Part shown: in pieces, positions 17,228 to 26,409 of the stretch
Layout of the letters: every line of letters begins with the position of its first letter
How positions within the stretch are numbered: the first letter of the stretch is position 1
NCBI GenBank assembly: GCA_963851085.1
Contig: CAWKNX010000003.1
Coordinates: 261,318 to 325,317, forward strand
Direction of reading: 5' to 3'
From: an uncultured Actinomycetota bacterium
GTDB taxonomy: Bacteria; Actinomycetota; Actinomycetes; Streptosporangiales; Streptosporangiaceae
DNA length: 64,000 nt
Notes under the pieces: model-generated
The model's input: only the letters and a program-made list of their open reading frames with translations
Database searches by the model: none
What the model was told of the DNA's origin: nothing
Translations under genes and position numbers: made by a program

Positions 17228-19459
17228 CTACTTGACCAGCTCGCGTGCGGCCATCTCGATGAGCGTCTGCGACAGCAGCACGGTCGCAGCGGCGTCGCCG
17301 AGCGGGACGAAGCTGTCCTCGCTGGCCACCCGGGCGACCCGGCCCGCGAACCCCGCGTCGGCGAGTGCGGTAATGACCCCTTCTGACACTCCGCCGGTTA
17401 GCCGGGTCTCGTCCGCGACAAGCACCCGCCCGGTGGCCGCCGCCTCACGAAGGATGTCGGCGACCGGCAGCGGGGCGATCCAGCGCAGGTCCATCACGCG
17501 GCAGCCGATCCCGTCCGCCCGCAGCCGCGCGGCGGCGCGCAGGCTCATCCGCAGCCCGTTGCCGAACGTCACGATGGTCAGCTCGGTGCCCGCGCCGTAC
17601 GTGCGCGCGCCGCCGAGCGGGACGTGCCAGTCGGGACCGGGGTAGGAGGCGAGCCAGCCGCCGTCGCCCTCGGCGTGCAGGTCCCGCGTGTGGTACAGCG
17701 CGATGGGCTCGAGGTAGACGCAGACGCTGCCGTCCGCCTCCGCCGCGGCCAGGCAGGTCCGCAGCATGGCGGCCGCGTCGTCTGGCCGTGCGGGTGAGGC
17801 GATGACCAGGCCAGGGATGTCACGCAGCGCACCGACCGCGTTGTCGTTGTGGAAATGCCCGCCGAACCCGTGCTGATAGGCGTACGCGGCGATCCGCAGG
17901 ACCATCGGGTTGCGGTACTGCCCGCTGGAGAAGAAGGACAGTGTGGCGGCCTCGCCCCGGAGCTGATCCACGGCGTTGTGCAGGTAGGCGAGGTACTGGA
18001 TCTCCGGGACGGGCAGCAGGCCGGACAGCCCCGCGCCGAGCGCGAGCCCGATGATGGCCTGCTCGTCGAGCAGGGTGTCGAATACCCGTGCCGCGCCGAA
18101 CCGCGCCTGGAGCCCGCGGGTGACGCCGTACACACCGCCCTTGCGCGCCACGTCCTCGCCGAACACCAGCATGCCCGGCCAGGCAGCCAGGCCGTCGGCA
18201 AGCGCCCGGTTGATCGACTGGGCCAGGGTCAGCGGGCCCTGGTTCTCCGGTATCCGCCCGCTGAACACTTCCCTGCGGGTGTCCGCGCCCGCGACACCGG
18301 CACGGGCGGCGACCACGTCGGGCCGCCGCGGCGCGAGCGGCGCCATCACCTCCGTAGCGGAAGAAAGCCGGCGCGCGCCCATCACCTCGCGCGCCTGCGC
18401 CAGCACCTGCGCCCGCACCGCTTCATACCGCACGAGCACCTCGTCGGGTGTCAGCAGCCCGGCCCCGACGAGCAGCCGCGCGGTGCCCGCGAGCGGGTCG
18501 CGTGCGAGGTCGGCGGCGATCTCGCGCGGCGTGCGGTAGCCCTGTTCCACATCGGATCCGGCGTGCCCGTAGAGCCGCACAACCGACAGATGCAGGAACG
18601 CGGGCGTCCGCCGGTCCCTGACCCACGTGGCCGCGGCGAGCGCCGTGTCGTAGACCTGTGCAAGATCACTGCCGTCGGCGTGGAAGTACTCGATGCCCGG
18701 CCTGGCCGCGCAGGCGGCGCGGACCCATCCGGGCGGCGTGCGCACGCTGATGCCGATCCCGTTGTCCTCGCACACGAACAGAACCGGCAGCGGCAGCCGT
18801 TGATGAGCGCAGTAGGAGGCCGTGTTCAGCGCCCCCGCCGCGGTGGAGTGGTTCACGGACGCGTCACCGAAGCTGCACACCACGACCGCGTCATCCGGCC
18901 ACTGCCGCGGTACCCCGAGCTTTGCCGCGCGCCCGATCGCGAGGGCCAGGCCGACCGCCCGCGGCAGGTGGGAAGCGATCGTGGACGTCTGCGGGATGAC
19001 CGCCAGCGCATGGTTGCCGAACACCTTGTGCCGCCCGCCGGCGATCGGCTCGTCCACGGCGGCCACCAGGCCGAGCAGCACATCGCGCACGCCGTCGTGG
19101 GGAGGATCGGCCTGCCCCGCCCTGGCCAGGTAGAACGCGCCGGACCGGTAGTGCAGCAGCGCGGGATCGGTCGGCCGGAGCGCGGCGGCCAGCCCGGCGT
19201 TGCCCTCGTGCCCGGCCGAGGAGATCGTGTAGAAACATGCTCCCTCACTGCGCAGCCACCTCGCGGCGAGGTCGAGGTGGCGGCTCGCGAGCTGGGCCTC
19301 GAAGAGCTCAAGGCATCGCTTGCCGGTCAGTGCGCTGCCGGGCCGCAGCGGATCGCGGACCGGCCGCTCATCATCGTTACCGAACGGCTGCCGCAGCGGC
19401 GTCTGGAGTTCCCACAGCGCCTCGGCGAAGTGTTTTTCCACCGGGTCGCGCTCGGTCAT
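17228..19459 (-). CDS. Fused TPP-dependent 2-oxoacid dehydrogenase E1 (alpha plus beta in one 743-aa chain)
   Basis: The N-terminal half is E1-alpha-like (SSAGHEGNAG.., CSFGDASVNHS..VLFVCEDNGIGIS). The C-terminal half is E1-beta/transketolase-like (FGEDVARKGGVYGVTRGL..FDTLLDEQAIIGLALG). Confidence 0.85.
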   Translation of the reverse strand: MTERDPVEKHFAEALWELQTPLRQPFGNDDERPVRDPLRPGSALTGKRCLELFEAQLASRHLDLAARWLRSEGACFYTISSAGHEGNAGLAAALRPTDPALLHYRSGAFYLARAGQADPPHDGVRDVLLGLVAAVDEPIAGGRHKVFGNHALAVIPQTSTIASHLPRAVGLALAIGRAAKLGVPRQWPDDAVVVCSFGDASVNHSTAAGALNTASYCAHQRLPLPVLFVCEDNGIGISVRTPPGWVRAACAARPGIEYFHADGSDLAQVYDTALAAATWVRDRRTPAFLHLSVVRLYGHAGSDVEQGYRTPREIAADLARDPLAGTARLLVGAGLLTPDEVLVRYEAVRAQVLAQAREVMGARRLSSATEVMAPLAPRRPDVVAARAGVAGADTRREVFSGRIPENQGPLTLAQSINRALADGLAAWPGMLVFGEDVARKGGVYGVTRGLQARFGAARVFDTLLDEQAIIGLALGAGLSGLLPVPEIQYLAYLHNAVDQLRGEAATLSFFSSGQYRNPMVLRIAAYAYQHGFGGHFHNDNAVGALRDIPGLVIASPARPDDAAAMLRTCLAAAEADGSVCVYLEPIALYHTRDLHAEGDGGWLASYPGPDWHVPLGGARTYGAGTELTIVTFGNGLRMSLRAAARLRADGIGCRVMDLRWIAPLPVADILREAAATGRVLVADETRLTGGVSEGVITALADAGFAGRVARVASEDSFVPLGDAAATVLLSQTLIEMAARELVK

Positions 19460-19596
19460 CTATGCCGTCCCTGGGGCCGGGTTGGCGATCGCGTCGCAGA
19501 CGCGGATTCCTCCATTGTCCGCTGCGGCCAAAATCTGCGCCTCCGGTGAGTATGCGTTCCTTGAATCAGAGTCTGCAGCAGTCGTAGTGTCCGATC

Positions 19597-20343
19597 GTGC
19601 CCAATACAGCTAAGCAGCCCCCCTACCCGGGCGAGGATCAGCCGGTGCGGGACCCCGCGGGGAACGCCTACCCCGCGGAGGCGGCTGACCCGTACTGTCT
19701 GCGGGACGGGGAGGCGGCGCGATTATTGGGCGGTCACCCGTGGCGCCGTTTCGTGGTCGTGGGTGACAGCATCGCCGAAGGGCTCGGCGATGCGGCTCCG
19801 GGTTATCCAGATCAGCCCTGGTGCGACCGGATCGCCGCCGAGCTGAAGGCGCACCAGCCGGATCTGGCCTACCTCAACCTGGGCGCCAGGGACACCCCAG
19901 CGGCGCAGGTGCGGGCCGGGCAGTCTGACCGGGCCCTCGCCTTCGCACCGGATCTGGCGCTCGTCGCCTGCGGCGGTTATGACCTGCTGCTGTCGCGCTA
20001 CGACGCCGTCGCGGTCGCAGCCGAGCTGAGGGCGATCGTGTCCGCGTTCGTCGAGGGAAACTGCGATGTGATCACCGTGGGCTTGTTCGACGGGTCGTAC
20101 GCGCCCGGCCTCCCGGAGTGGGCCAGGCGGCCACTTCGTGAGCGGCTGCAGGACCTGTCACGGCGTACGGAGGCGATCTCCGCCGACCTCGGCACCGTGT
20201 ATGTCGGCCTCACCGGGCATCCGGCGACCCGCGATGCCGACATCTACAGCGCGGACCCACGGCACGGCACCATGCGCGGTCACGCGATCGCAGCGGCGGA
20301 AACCATCAGGCGCCTCGGTGCGCATCTGACGGGCGGTCCGGTA
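19597..20343 (+). CDS. SGNH/GDSL hydrolase domain protein (its ORF runs on without a stop into the repeat array and the methyltransferase)
   Basis: GTG at 19597. Block I is VVVGDSIAEGLGD, followed by LGARDT, ACGGYDLL and a C-terminal DPRHGTMRGH resembling the DxxH block. The end of the real product is not defined, because the first in-frame stop is at 22581. Confidence 0.7.
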
Positions 20344-20344
20344 G

Positions 20345-20640
20345 CGGGTTCCGGGGGGTCGTCCTCCCGGGCCTGGCACAGGCGGTCCGGTGGGGGGTTC
20401 CGGGGGGTCGTCCCCCCGGGCCCGCACAGCCCCGGGCGCGAGCGGTGCGAGTGGTCTGGTGGGGGGTTCCGGGGGGTCGTCCTCCCGGGCCCGCGCAGCC
20501 CCGGGCGCGAGCGGTGCGAGTGGTCTGGTGGGGGGTTCCGGGGGGTCGTCCTCCCGGGCCGGCGCAGGCGGTCCGGTGGGGGGTTCCGGGGGGTTGTCCC
20601 CCCGGGCCGGCACAGCCCCGGGCGCGAGCGGGGCCGGCGC
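20345..20640. repeat. Array of 5 family-A palindromic cores (inverted orientation) with two alternating, themselves repeated, linkers
   Basis: The core ggtggggggttccggggggtcgtcc(c/t)cccgggcc starts at about 20345, 20389, 20459, 20527 and 20575, giving spacings of 44, 70, 68 and 48 nt. ccgggggg tcgt ccccccgg forms a hairpin. Confidence 0.85.
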
Positions 20641-20643
20641 CAC

Positions 20644-22358
20644 ATGAGGACAGGCCGCGATGGCGGGCCTGCCACCGGCCGGTCGACAGGGACCGGCCCC
20701 GGGCTGGCCGACCGCGCGCGGCTGATGCAGATCATGTCAAGCCCGTGGGTCGCGCAATCCTGCTACGCCATCACCAAGATCGGGATCCCCGATCTGCTGG
20801 CGGACGGGCCGCGGGCCGCCGCCGACCTGGCGGCGGATTCCGGCGCGCATCCGCACGCGCTCCGCAGGCTGCTGCGGGCACTCGCGTCGGCTGGGCTCTT
20901 CGACGAGCCTGTGCCAGGCGTCTTCGGGCTCACGCCACTCGCGCAGCTCCTCACCTCGGGTGCGGCGAGATCCATCCGGTCCTCCGCGATCATGTTCGGC
21001 GAGGAGGTCTTCCGTTCGTTCGCCGAGATCGAGTACACCCTCCGGACCGGCAATCCGGCTTTCGAGAAGGTCTACGGCCAGCCTTTCTACGACTACCTGG
21101 CCGGGCACCCTGCGGCGGCCGAGACATTCACGGCGGCCATGGGACGAGCCCCAGTGCCACAGGCGCTCGCTGCCTGCGACCTGACCGGCGTGCGCCTGCT
21201 GGTCGACATCGGCGGCGGGAACGGCGGTTTGCTCGCCAGGGTTCTTCGCGCGCACCCGGATGCGCGGGGAGTCCTCCTTGACCTGCCGGAAGCGGTGCGC
21301 CAGGCACGGGACAGCCTAACCGCGGCCGGTGTCGCCGATCGCGTCGATTTCGTCGAGGGCAGCTTCTTCGATGGCGTGCCGGCCGGAGCGGACGTGTACG
21401 TCCTCGCTCGTGTCCTGCATAACTGGGATGACGCCAACGCCGTGGCACTGCTGCGCCGGGTGCGTGAGGCCATGGCCCCCGATTCGCGTCTGCTGGTGCT
21501 CGAGCACCTACTTGGACCGGCCCCTGAAGCCGCGGCGGCACCGGATGCTGGACCGGCCGATGCGCGGGCTGACGGGCAGGAGCACGGCCGCGCTGGGCCG
21601 CTCGCCACCGACGCCGCCGACGACGCCGGCGGGGTTGGCATGCCCAGCCGTGGAGTCGGCGGCAGCGGCGCGGGCGACGAAAGTCACGGCTTCATCGCCA
21701 ATTCTGGGGGCTTTCTCGACGATGCTGGTGATGCCGGTGGTGGCGCTGGTGATCTGAATACTGGTGATGCTGATGCCGATGCTGGTGATTTGGGTACTGG
21801 TGATGCCGGTGCCGAGACTGGGGCCAGCGCCGTTGGCGTCACTGATGGTTCCGGTGTTGCCTCGTCCGGTGCTGCCGGTTCGCTTGCTGCCGGTTCGCTT
21901 GCTGACGGTGCCAGCGGGGATGGCGGTGTGGATGTGGATGGCGGTGCCGGCGGGGCCAATGAGGATCTTGGTGCCAGTGGGGAGCCGGTGGTGAGGATGG
22001 CGGTGCCAGCGGGGATGGCAGTGCCGGCGGCAGTACCAGTGCCGGCGGCGGTACCAGTGCCGGTGGCGGCCCTGCCGCGGATGTCTCCGCGGCCGCTTCC
22101 CGCACGGGTCACGGCGCCGCCCAGGGGCAGGTCATGGACCTGCTCCTGCTGCTCATGGTCCCGGGCTGCGATCGCAGCGAAGCTGAGTACCGTGGGCTGC
22201 TCGCCGCCGCTGGGCTCGACGCGGTATCGGTGCGCCCGCCACCGCTGCGCGCGCCTGGTGCCGAAAGCGTGCTCGAGGCGATACCTGCTCGGGCCCGGCT
22301 GCGACCGGCCCGGCCCCGACCGGCCCGGCCCCGACCGGGCCCGCCCCCACGCGACTAG
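20644..22358 (+). CDS. Class I SAM-dependent O-methyltransferase (Methyltransf_2 type) carrying a roughly 200-aa low-complexity insertion; one frame break inside the insertion
   Basis: Dimerisation and substrate part is LMQIMSSPWVAQSCYAITKIGIPDLLADGP. SAM motif is LLVDIGGGNGGLLARVL..GVLLDLP. After LLVLEHLL comes a Gly/Asp/Ala/Ser-rich stretch. The conserved C-terminus MDLLLLLMVPGCDRSEAEYRGLLAAAGL resumes in another frame from 22134. The shift is near 21975-21990. Confidence 0.7.
21515..22130. repeat. Low-complexity, internally repetitive DNA forming the methyltransferase insertion
   Basis: Reiterated gatgctggtgat / ggtgccggtg / gttcgcttgctgccg units. All frames are largely open. It encodes GDAGGGAGDLNTGDADADAGDLGTGDAG-like sequence. 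Confidence 0.7.
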
Positions 22359-22387
22359 ATCGGCGCCCGGTGCCTTTGTGCGAGTAG

Positions 22388-22470
22388 CAGCAGTGGGCCA
22401 TTGCTGCTACCGGGGCGAGGCAATGGGCCTCCCGCCAGCAGGGTTGCCTCCATGGGCCATTGCTGAGCCC
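22388..22470. repeat. Three copies of the near-palindromic CAATGGGCCATTG-type 13-mer
   Basis: Copies are gcagcagtgggccattgctgctac (9-bp stem), ggcaatgggcctcc and ccatgggccattgctgag. The same motif occurs three times at 61256-61420. Confidence 0.6.
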
Positions 22471-22546
22471 CGTCCCCGCACGCCTGCCAGACACGCGATC
22501 AAGATCAAGAAAGCCGCGTCCCCCACCGCGCAGACCAGGAGAAATC

Positions 22547-23506
22547 ATGCCGCTCGATCCGCAGGTGCAAGCTATCCGTGATCGCCTGGAGCGCGACAGC
22601 GTGCCCAACCTCTGCACGCTCTCGATCGCGGACGCGCGCGAGGCGGATGTCGCGGCGGCGCGGGCGTCCGCGGGAACCGCCGAGCCGGTGCACGAGGTTT
22701 CCGACCGGACCGTTCCCGGGCCCGCCTGCGGCCTTCCGATCCGCATCTACCGGCCGCGGGGCGATGAGCCCTTACCCGCCCTTGTGTACTTCTTCGGCGG
22801 CGGGTGGAGCCTGGGTACCGTCGACACCTGCGACGGTGTGTGCAGATGCCTGGCCAACGCGACCGGATGCGTGACGGTCGCGGCAAGCTACCGGCTCGCG
22901 CCCGAGCACAAATTCCCCGCCGCGGTGCAGGACTGTCACGCGGTTACCGCGTGGGTCGCGTCGCACGCAGCGGAGATCGGTGTGGACCCCGCGCGGATCG
23001 CGGTAGGCGGCGACAGTTCGGGCGGCAACCTCGCCGCCGCCGTTGCGCTGCTCGCGCGCGAGCGCGGCGGACCGCGGATCGTCCACCAGTTACTCGTGTA
23101 CCCGAACACCGATTATCTCGCTGATACCGCGTCGATGCGGGAAGGGACTGACCCGCATCTGTTCAACGCGACCGCGGTCGAGTGGTATTGGGGGATGTAT
23201 CTCGCCTCGCCGGAGGACGGCGCGAATCCACTCGCCTCGCCGCTGCGCGCGGGAGATCTCTCTGGCCTGCCGCCCGCGACCGTGATCACCGCGGAGTATG
23301 ACCCGCTGCGCGATGAGGGGGAGCACTACGCCGCACGCCTGAAGAGTGCGGGCGTCCCGGTCGAGCTAACCCGCTTCGACGGCATGATGCATGGTTTTTT
23401 CACCATGACCGGCGTGCTCGACGGCGCCAAGATTGCCGTGGCCCACGCCGCGAGCCGCCTCCGCGAGGCGTTCGCGCCCGCGGGTGCGCAGCAAGATGGC
23501 AGGTGA
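22547..23506 (+). CDS. Alpha/beta hydrolase, hormone-sensitive-lipase family esterase
   Basis: ATG at 22547 follows aggag. The HGGG-type oxyanion box is YFFGGGWSLGT. The nucleophile elbow is GGDSSGGNLAA. The C-terminus carries DPLRDEG and HGF. Confidence 0.85.
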   Translation: MPLDPQVQAIRDRLERDSVPNLCTLSIADAREADVAAARASAGTAEPVHEVSDRTVPGPACGLPIRIYRPRGDEPLPALVYFFGGGWSLGTVDTCDGVCRCLANATGCVTVAASYRLAPEHKFPAAVQDCHAVTAWVASHAAEIGVDPARIAVGGDSSGGNLAAAVALLARERGGPRIVHQLLVYPNTDYLADTASMREGTDPHLFNATAVEWYWGMYLASPEDGANPLASPLRAGDLSGLPPATVITAEYDPLRDEGEHYAARLKSAGVPVELTRFDGMMHGFFTMTGVLDGAKIAVAHAASRLREAFAPAGAQQDGR

Positions 23507-23509
23507 CCG

Positions 23510-24817
23510 ATGCCGCCTCGCGAACTCACTCTGAGTGGTCTGCATGGCTCGCTCATGGATCCGCTGCTCGGCGCCATGACGTTCCTGAACGAGATCACGT
23601 CACGTTACCCGGACGCGATCTCGTTCGCCCCTGGCAGGCCCAACGAGGAACTGTTCGCGCACGAGCGCATCACCGAATATCTCGATGCGTACACCGCCTA
23701 TATGCAGAACGTGTGCGGCTACTCCCGGGTCCAGGTGCGCGCCGCCTTATTCCAATACGGCCGGACCAAGGGGCAGATCCATGAGCTGATAGCCCGCACG
23801 ATCGCCAATGACGAGGGCATACACGTCGCGCCTGAGGCGATCGTGATTACGGTCGGGGCCCAGGAGGGAATGCTCCTGTCCTTGCGCGCGCTCTTCGCCG
23901 GCCATGGCGATGTGCTGCTGGTGAGTTCGCCCTGTTATGTCGGCATCACCGGTGCCGCCCGGCTGCTCGATATCGAGGTCGCCGGAGTTCCAGAAGGCGC
24001 GGCGGGACCGGACGCGGCGGCAGTCCGCGCGGCAGCCAGGCGCGTCCGGGCGGCAGGCAAACGGCCGCGCGCGTTCTACGCCGTGCCGGACTGCGCGAAT
24101 CCGTCCGGGGTGAGCATGCCGCACGCCGCCCGCGCGCGACTGCTCGAGGCGGCCGCCGAGGAGGGGCTGCTCATCATCGAGGACAATCCCTACGGTTTTT
24201 TCACCAGGCAGGCGGAACCGAGTGCAACCCTCAAGTCGCTTGACCGCGACGCCACCGTCATCTACCTCGGGTCCTTTGCCAAGACCTGCTTCCCCGGCGC
24301 CAGGCTGGGCTATGTGCTCGCCGATCAGGCCGTGGTCGCGCCTGATGGTTCCCGCAGCCTGCTCGCGGACGAAATCGCGAAGATCAAGAGCATGACGACG
24401 GTCAATACGCCGTCGCTCAGCCAGGCAGTGATCGGCGGCATGCTCGTCACGAATGACTGCAGGCTCCGCGACGCGAACTCAGCGGCGATCGCCTTCTACC
24501 GCGCCAACATGACGACTTTGCTTGACGAACTCGAGCACCATTTCCCTGCACACAGGCGACCGCAGCTTGGCGTCTGCTGGAATACGCCTGGCGGCGGGTT
24601 TTTCGTCGTGGTGACCGTACCATTCCCGGCGGACGACAAGGCATTGGGCCGATCCGCCAGTGAACACGGTGTGATCTGGACGCCGATGGCATCCTTTTAC
24701 CTCGACGGGGGCGGATGCCATCAGCTCAGGCTGTCGTGCAGCTATATTTCCCGCGCCCAGGTCGTGGATGGAGCCGCGCGGCTTGCGGGCTTTATCCGCG
24801 AAGCGGCCGCAGGTTAA
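23510..24817 (+). CDS. PLP-dependent aminotransferase of the HpgT/PglE (arylglycine aminotransferase) type
   Basis: 435 aa with [37 protein letters not shown] and [29 protein letters not shown] recall this N-terminal [15 protein letters not shown] pattern from 4-hydroxyphenylglycine transaminases. The subfamily call needs a search. Confidence 0.7.
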   Translation: MPPRELTLSGLHGSLMDPLLGAMTFLNEITSRYPDAISFAPGRPNEELFAHERITEYLDAYTAYMQNVCGYSRVQVRAALFQYGRTKGQIHELIARTIANDEGIHVAPEAIVITVGAQEGMLLSLRALFAGHGDVLLVSSPCYVGITGAARLLDIEVAGVPEGAAGPDAAAVRAAARRVRAAGKRPRAFYAVPDCANPSGVSMPHAARARLLEAAAEEGLLIIEDNPYGFFTRQAEPSATLKSLDRDATVIYLGSFAKTCFPGARLGYVLADQAVVAPDGSRSLLADEIAKIKSMTTVNTPSLSQAVIGGMLVTNDCRLRDANSAAIAFYRANMTTLLDELEHHFPAHRRPQLGVCWNTPGGGFFVVVTVPFPADDKALGRSASEHGVIWTPMASFYLDGGGCHQLRLSCSYISRAQVVDGAARLAGFIREAAAG

Positions 24818-25020
24818 TCAAGCGCGGCGAAAATGCCGTCCCACAACCGGGATCGCGCCCGCAATGCGGTGATAACCGTCTCCGCGCACGCGTCCAGCTT
24901 GGCTGTGTCGTCGCCGCACAGGTCGGCCACCATCTGCATGGCCATAGGCGTGTGCTGCTCGCCGTCGACCTCGATGTGCCGGGCCAGATAGTCACGGAAC
25001 GTAGCGAGCGTAACGTGACA
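24814..25020 (-). CDS. Small hypothetical protein (about 68 aa), start unresolved
   Basis: The C-terminal part of ORF 24814..25242 reads [65 protein letters not shown]. gggagagg precedes an ATG that is one base out of frame. No family is recognised, and it is not MbtH-like. Confidence 0.3.
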   Translation of the reverse strand, partial: CHVTLATFRDYLARHIEVDGEQHTPMAMQMVADLCGDDTAKLDACAETVITALRARSRLWDGIFAALD

Positions 25021-25097
25021 TAGCCTCTCCCTCGGCTCGATCTCCCGGCTCTTTGTCGCGCGCCGCACGCGGTCTGTCAACAGTGGCCAGGAATGTC

Positions 25098-26183
25098 TCA
25101 CCAGGGGAGGGCCCGGACGGCTGCCGCGTCGATGTCCGCGAGACGCGGCGTTCCAGCGAGCGCCATGACCTCGCTCAACTCGTCGCGCAGCAGCCTGAGC
25201 ACCGCGCTGACGCCCGCGGCTCCCGAGTGCGCAAGGCCCCACACCACGGGCCGCCCGACGAGGACCGCATGCGCGCCGAGAGCCAGCGCCTTGAACACAT
25301 CCGTGCCGGTACGGACACCGCCATCCACGAGGACAGGGATCCGGCCGGCCGCGGCGGCCACCACTTCAGGTAGTGCGTCAAGGCTGGCGATCGCTCCGTC
25401 AAGCTGGCGGCCGCCGTGATTCGAGACCACGACCGCGTCGATGCCGTGGTCTATCGCCAGGATTGTGTCCTCCGCCGTCGCTAGTCCCTTGAGCATGAGG
25501 GGGAGCGGCGTCTGCGCACGCAGCCAGGCCAGGTCGGCCCACGTGATGGTCGGATCGAACTCGCTGCTCGCATGGCGTTGCAGCGACGACGAGCCGGGCA
25601 CGCGCTCGTGCGCCTCGGCCATGACGGACGAGCCGACGTTAACGGCGCTGACCCCGGGCGGCAGCGTGAACCCGTTGCGGATGTCACGCAACCGCCGACC
25701 GAGGCGCGGCGCGTCGACCGTCAGCATCAGCGCCTGGCACCCGGCGGCGATGGCCCGCCGCAGCAGGGCGGCGAGCGTGTCACGCTGCCGCAGCCAGTAC
25801 ACCTGGAGCCACCATGTGCCGCCCGCGGCGGCGCCGATCTCCTCGAAAGTGCGGCTCGCGAACGTGCTCGCGATGAAAAGCGTCCCAGCGTCGCGCGCGG
25901 CCGCCGCGGCAGCGACCTCGCCGTCCGGATGGGCGAGCCGCTGAACGGCCATTGGCGCGATCACCACGGGGAAGTCAAGCGGCGCGCCGAGCAAGGTGCT
26001 GCTGAGGTCGCGTGCCGATATATCGACAAGAACCCTGGGGCGCACGATGATCCGCTTGAATGCCGCCAAATTAGCGTCAAGTGTGGACTCGGTGCCGCTG
26101 CCACCCTGGACGTAGTCCCAGACATCGTGCGGCAGCCTTGACCGCGCCGCAGTTTCAAACTCTTCCAGCCGTAGCAGTTCCAT
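25098..26183 (-). CDS. FMN-dependent alpha-hydroxy-acid oxidase (hydroxymandelate oxidase/Hmo-like)
   Basis: 361 aa with typical glycolate-oxidase-family blocks: [49 protein letters not shown]. Confidence 0.85.
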   Translation of the reverse strand: MELLRLEEFETAARSRLPHDVWDYVQGGSGTESTLDANLAAFKRIIVRPRVLVDISARDLSSTLLGAPLDFPVVIAPMAVQRLAHPDGEVAAAAAARDAGTLFIASTFASRTFEEIGAAAGGTWWLQVYWLRQRDTLAALLRRAIAAGCQALMLTVDAPRLGRRLRDIRNGFTLPPGVSAVNVGSSVMAEAHERVPGSSSLQRHASSEFDPTITWADLAWLRAQTPLPLMLKGLATAEDTILAIDHGIDAVVVSNHGGRQLDGAIASLDALPEVVAAAAGRIPVLVDGGVRTGTDVFKALALGAHAVLVGRPVVWGLAHSGAAGVSAVLRLLRDELSEVMALAGTPRLADIDAAAVRALPW

Positions 26184-26409
26184 GCCAGTTCGCGCCTTTG
26201 CTATCCGGACCGATAGAGATCGCCTACCCTTGCCCTGCCATCACGCTGAAGATGATCGGGAGTTCTTGACCACCGTAGCCAGCGTGTGCGAATCTTGCGC
26301 CGGGTCACCCCAAACGTCGTCAAAAGCCATACGTCGTTATTAGCAGGATTCCTTACCATCTCGGTGGCACACCCGAGCCGCCAGGTGGGCATCCTGCCTG
26401 GGGGGAATA

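Noticed and set aside
20345-20640. Possible CRISPR array (palindromic about 34-bp repeats with intervening sequence); the same question applies to 33971-34275
   Set aside because: The intervening sequences are not unique: two linker types simply alternate, and at 33971-34275 the units are directly tandem. Spacings are irregular (44, 70, 68, 48), no cas genes or leader are present, and both arrays lie inside open reading frames.
22359-22581. Coding continuation of the 994-aa ORF past the methyltransferase
   Set aside because: The methyltransferase C-terminus is in a different frame and ends at 22358. The frame-1 continuation merely reads across the palindromic 13-mer region and the esterase RBS.
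24814-25242. 142-aa ORF, and the idea that the small protein is MbtH-like
   Set aside because: The N-terminal half overlaps the Hmo gene 3' end. The remaining 68 aa lack the MbtH signature (SxWP..PxGW). Only a low-confidence small hypothetical CDS is retained.
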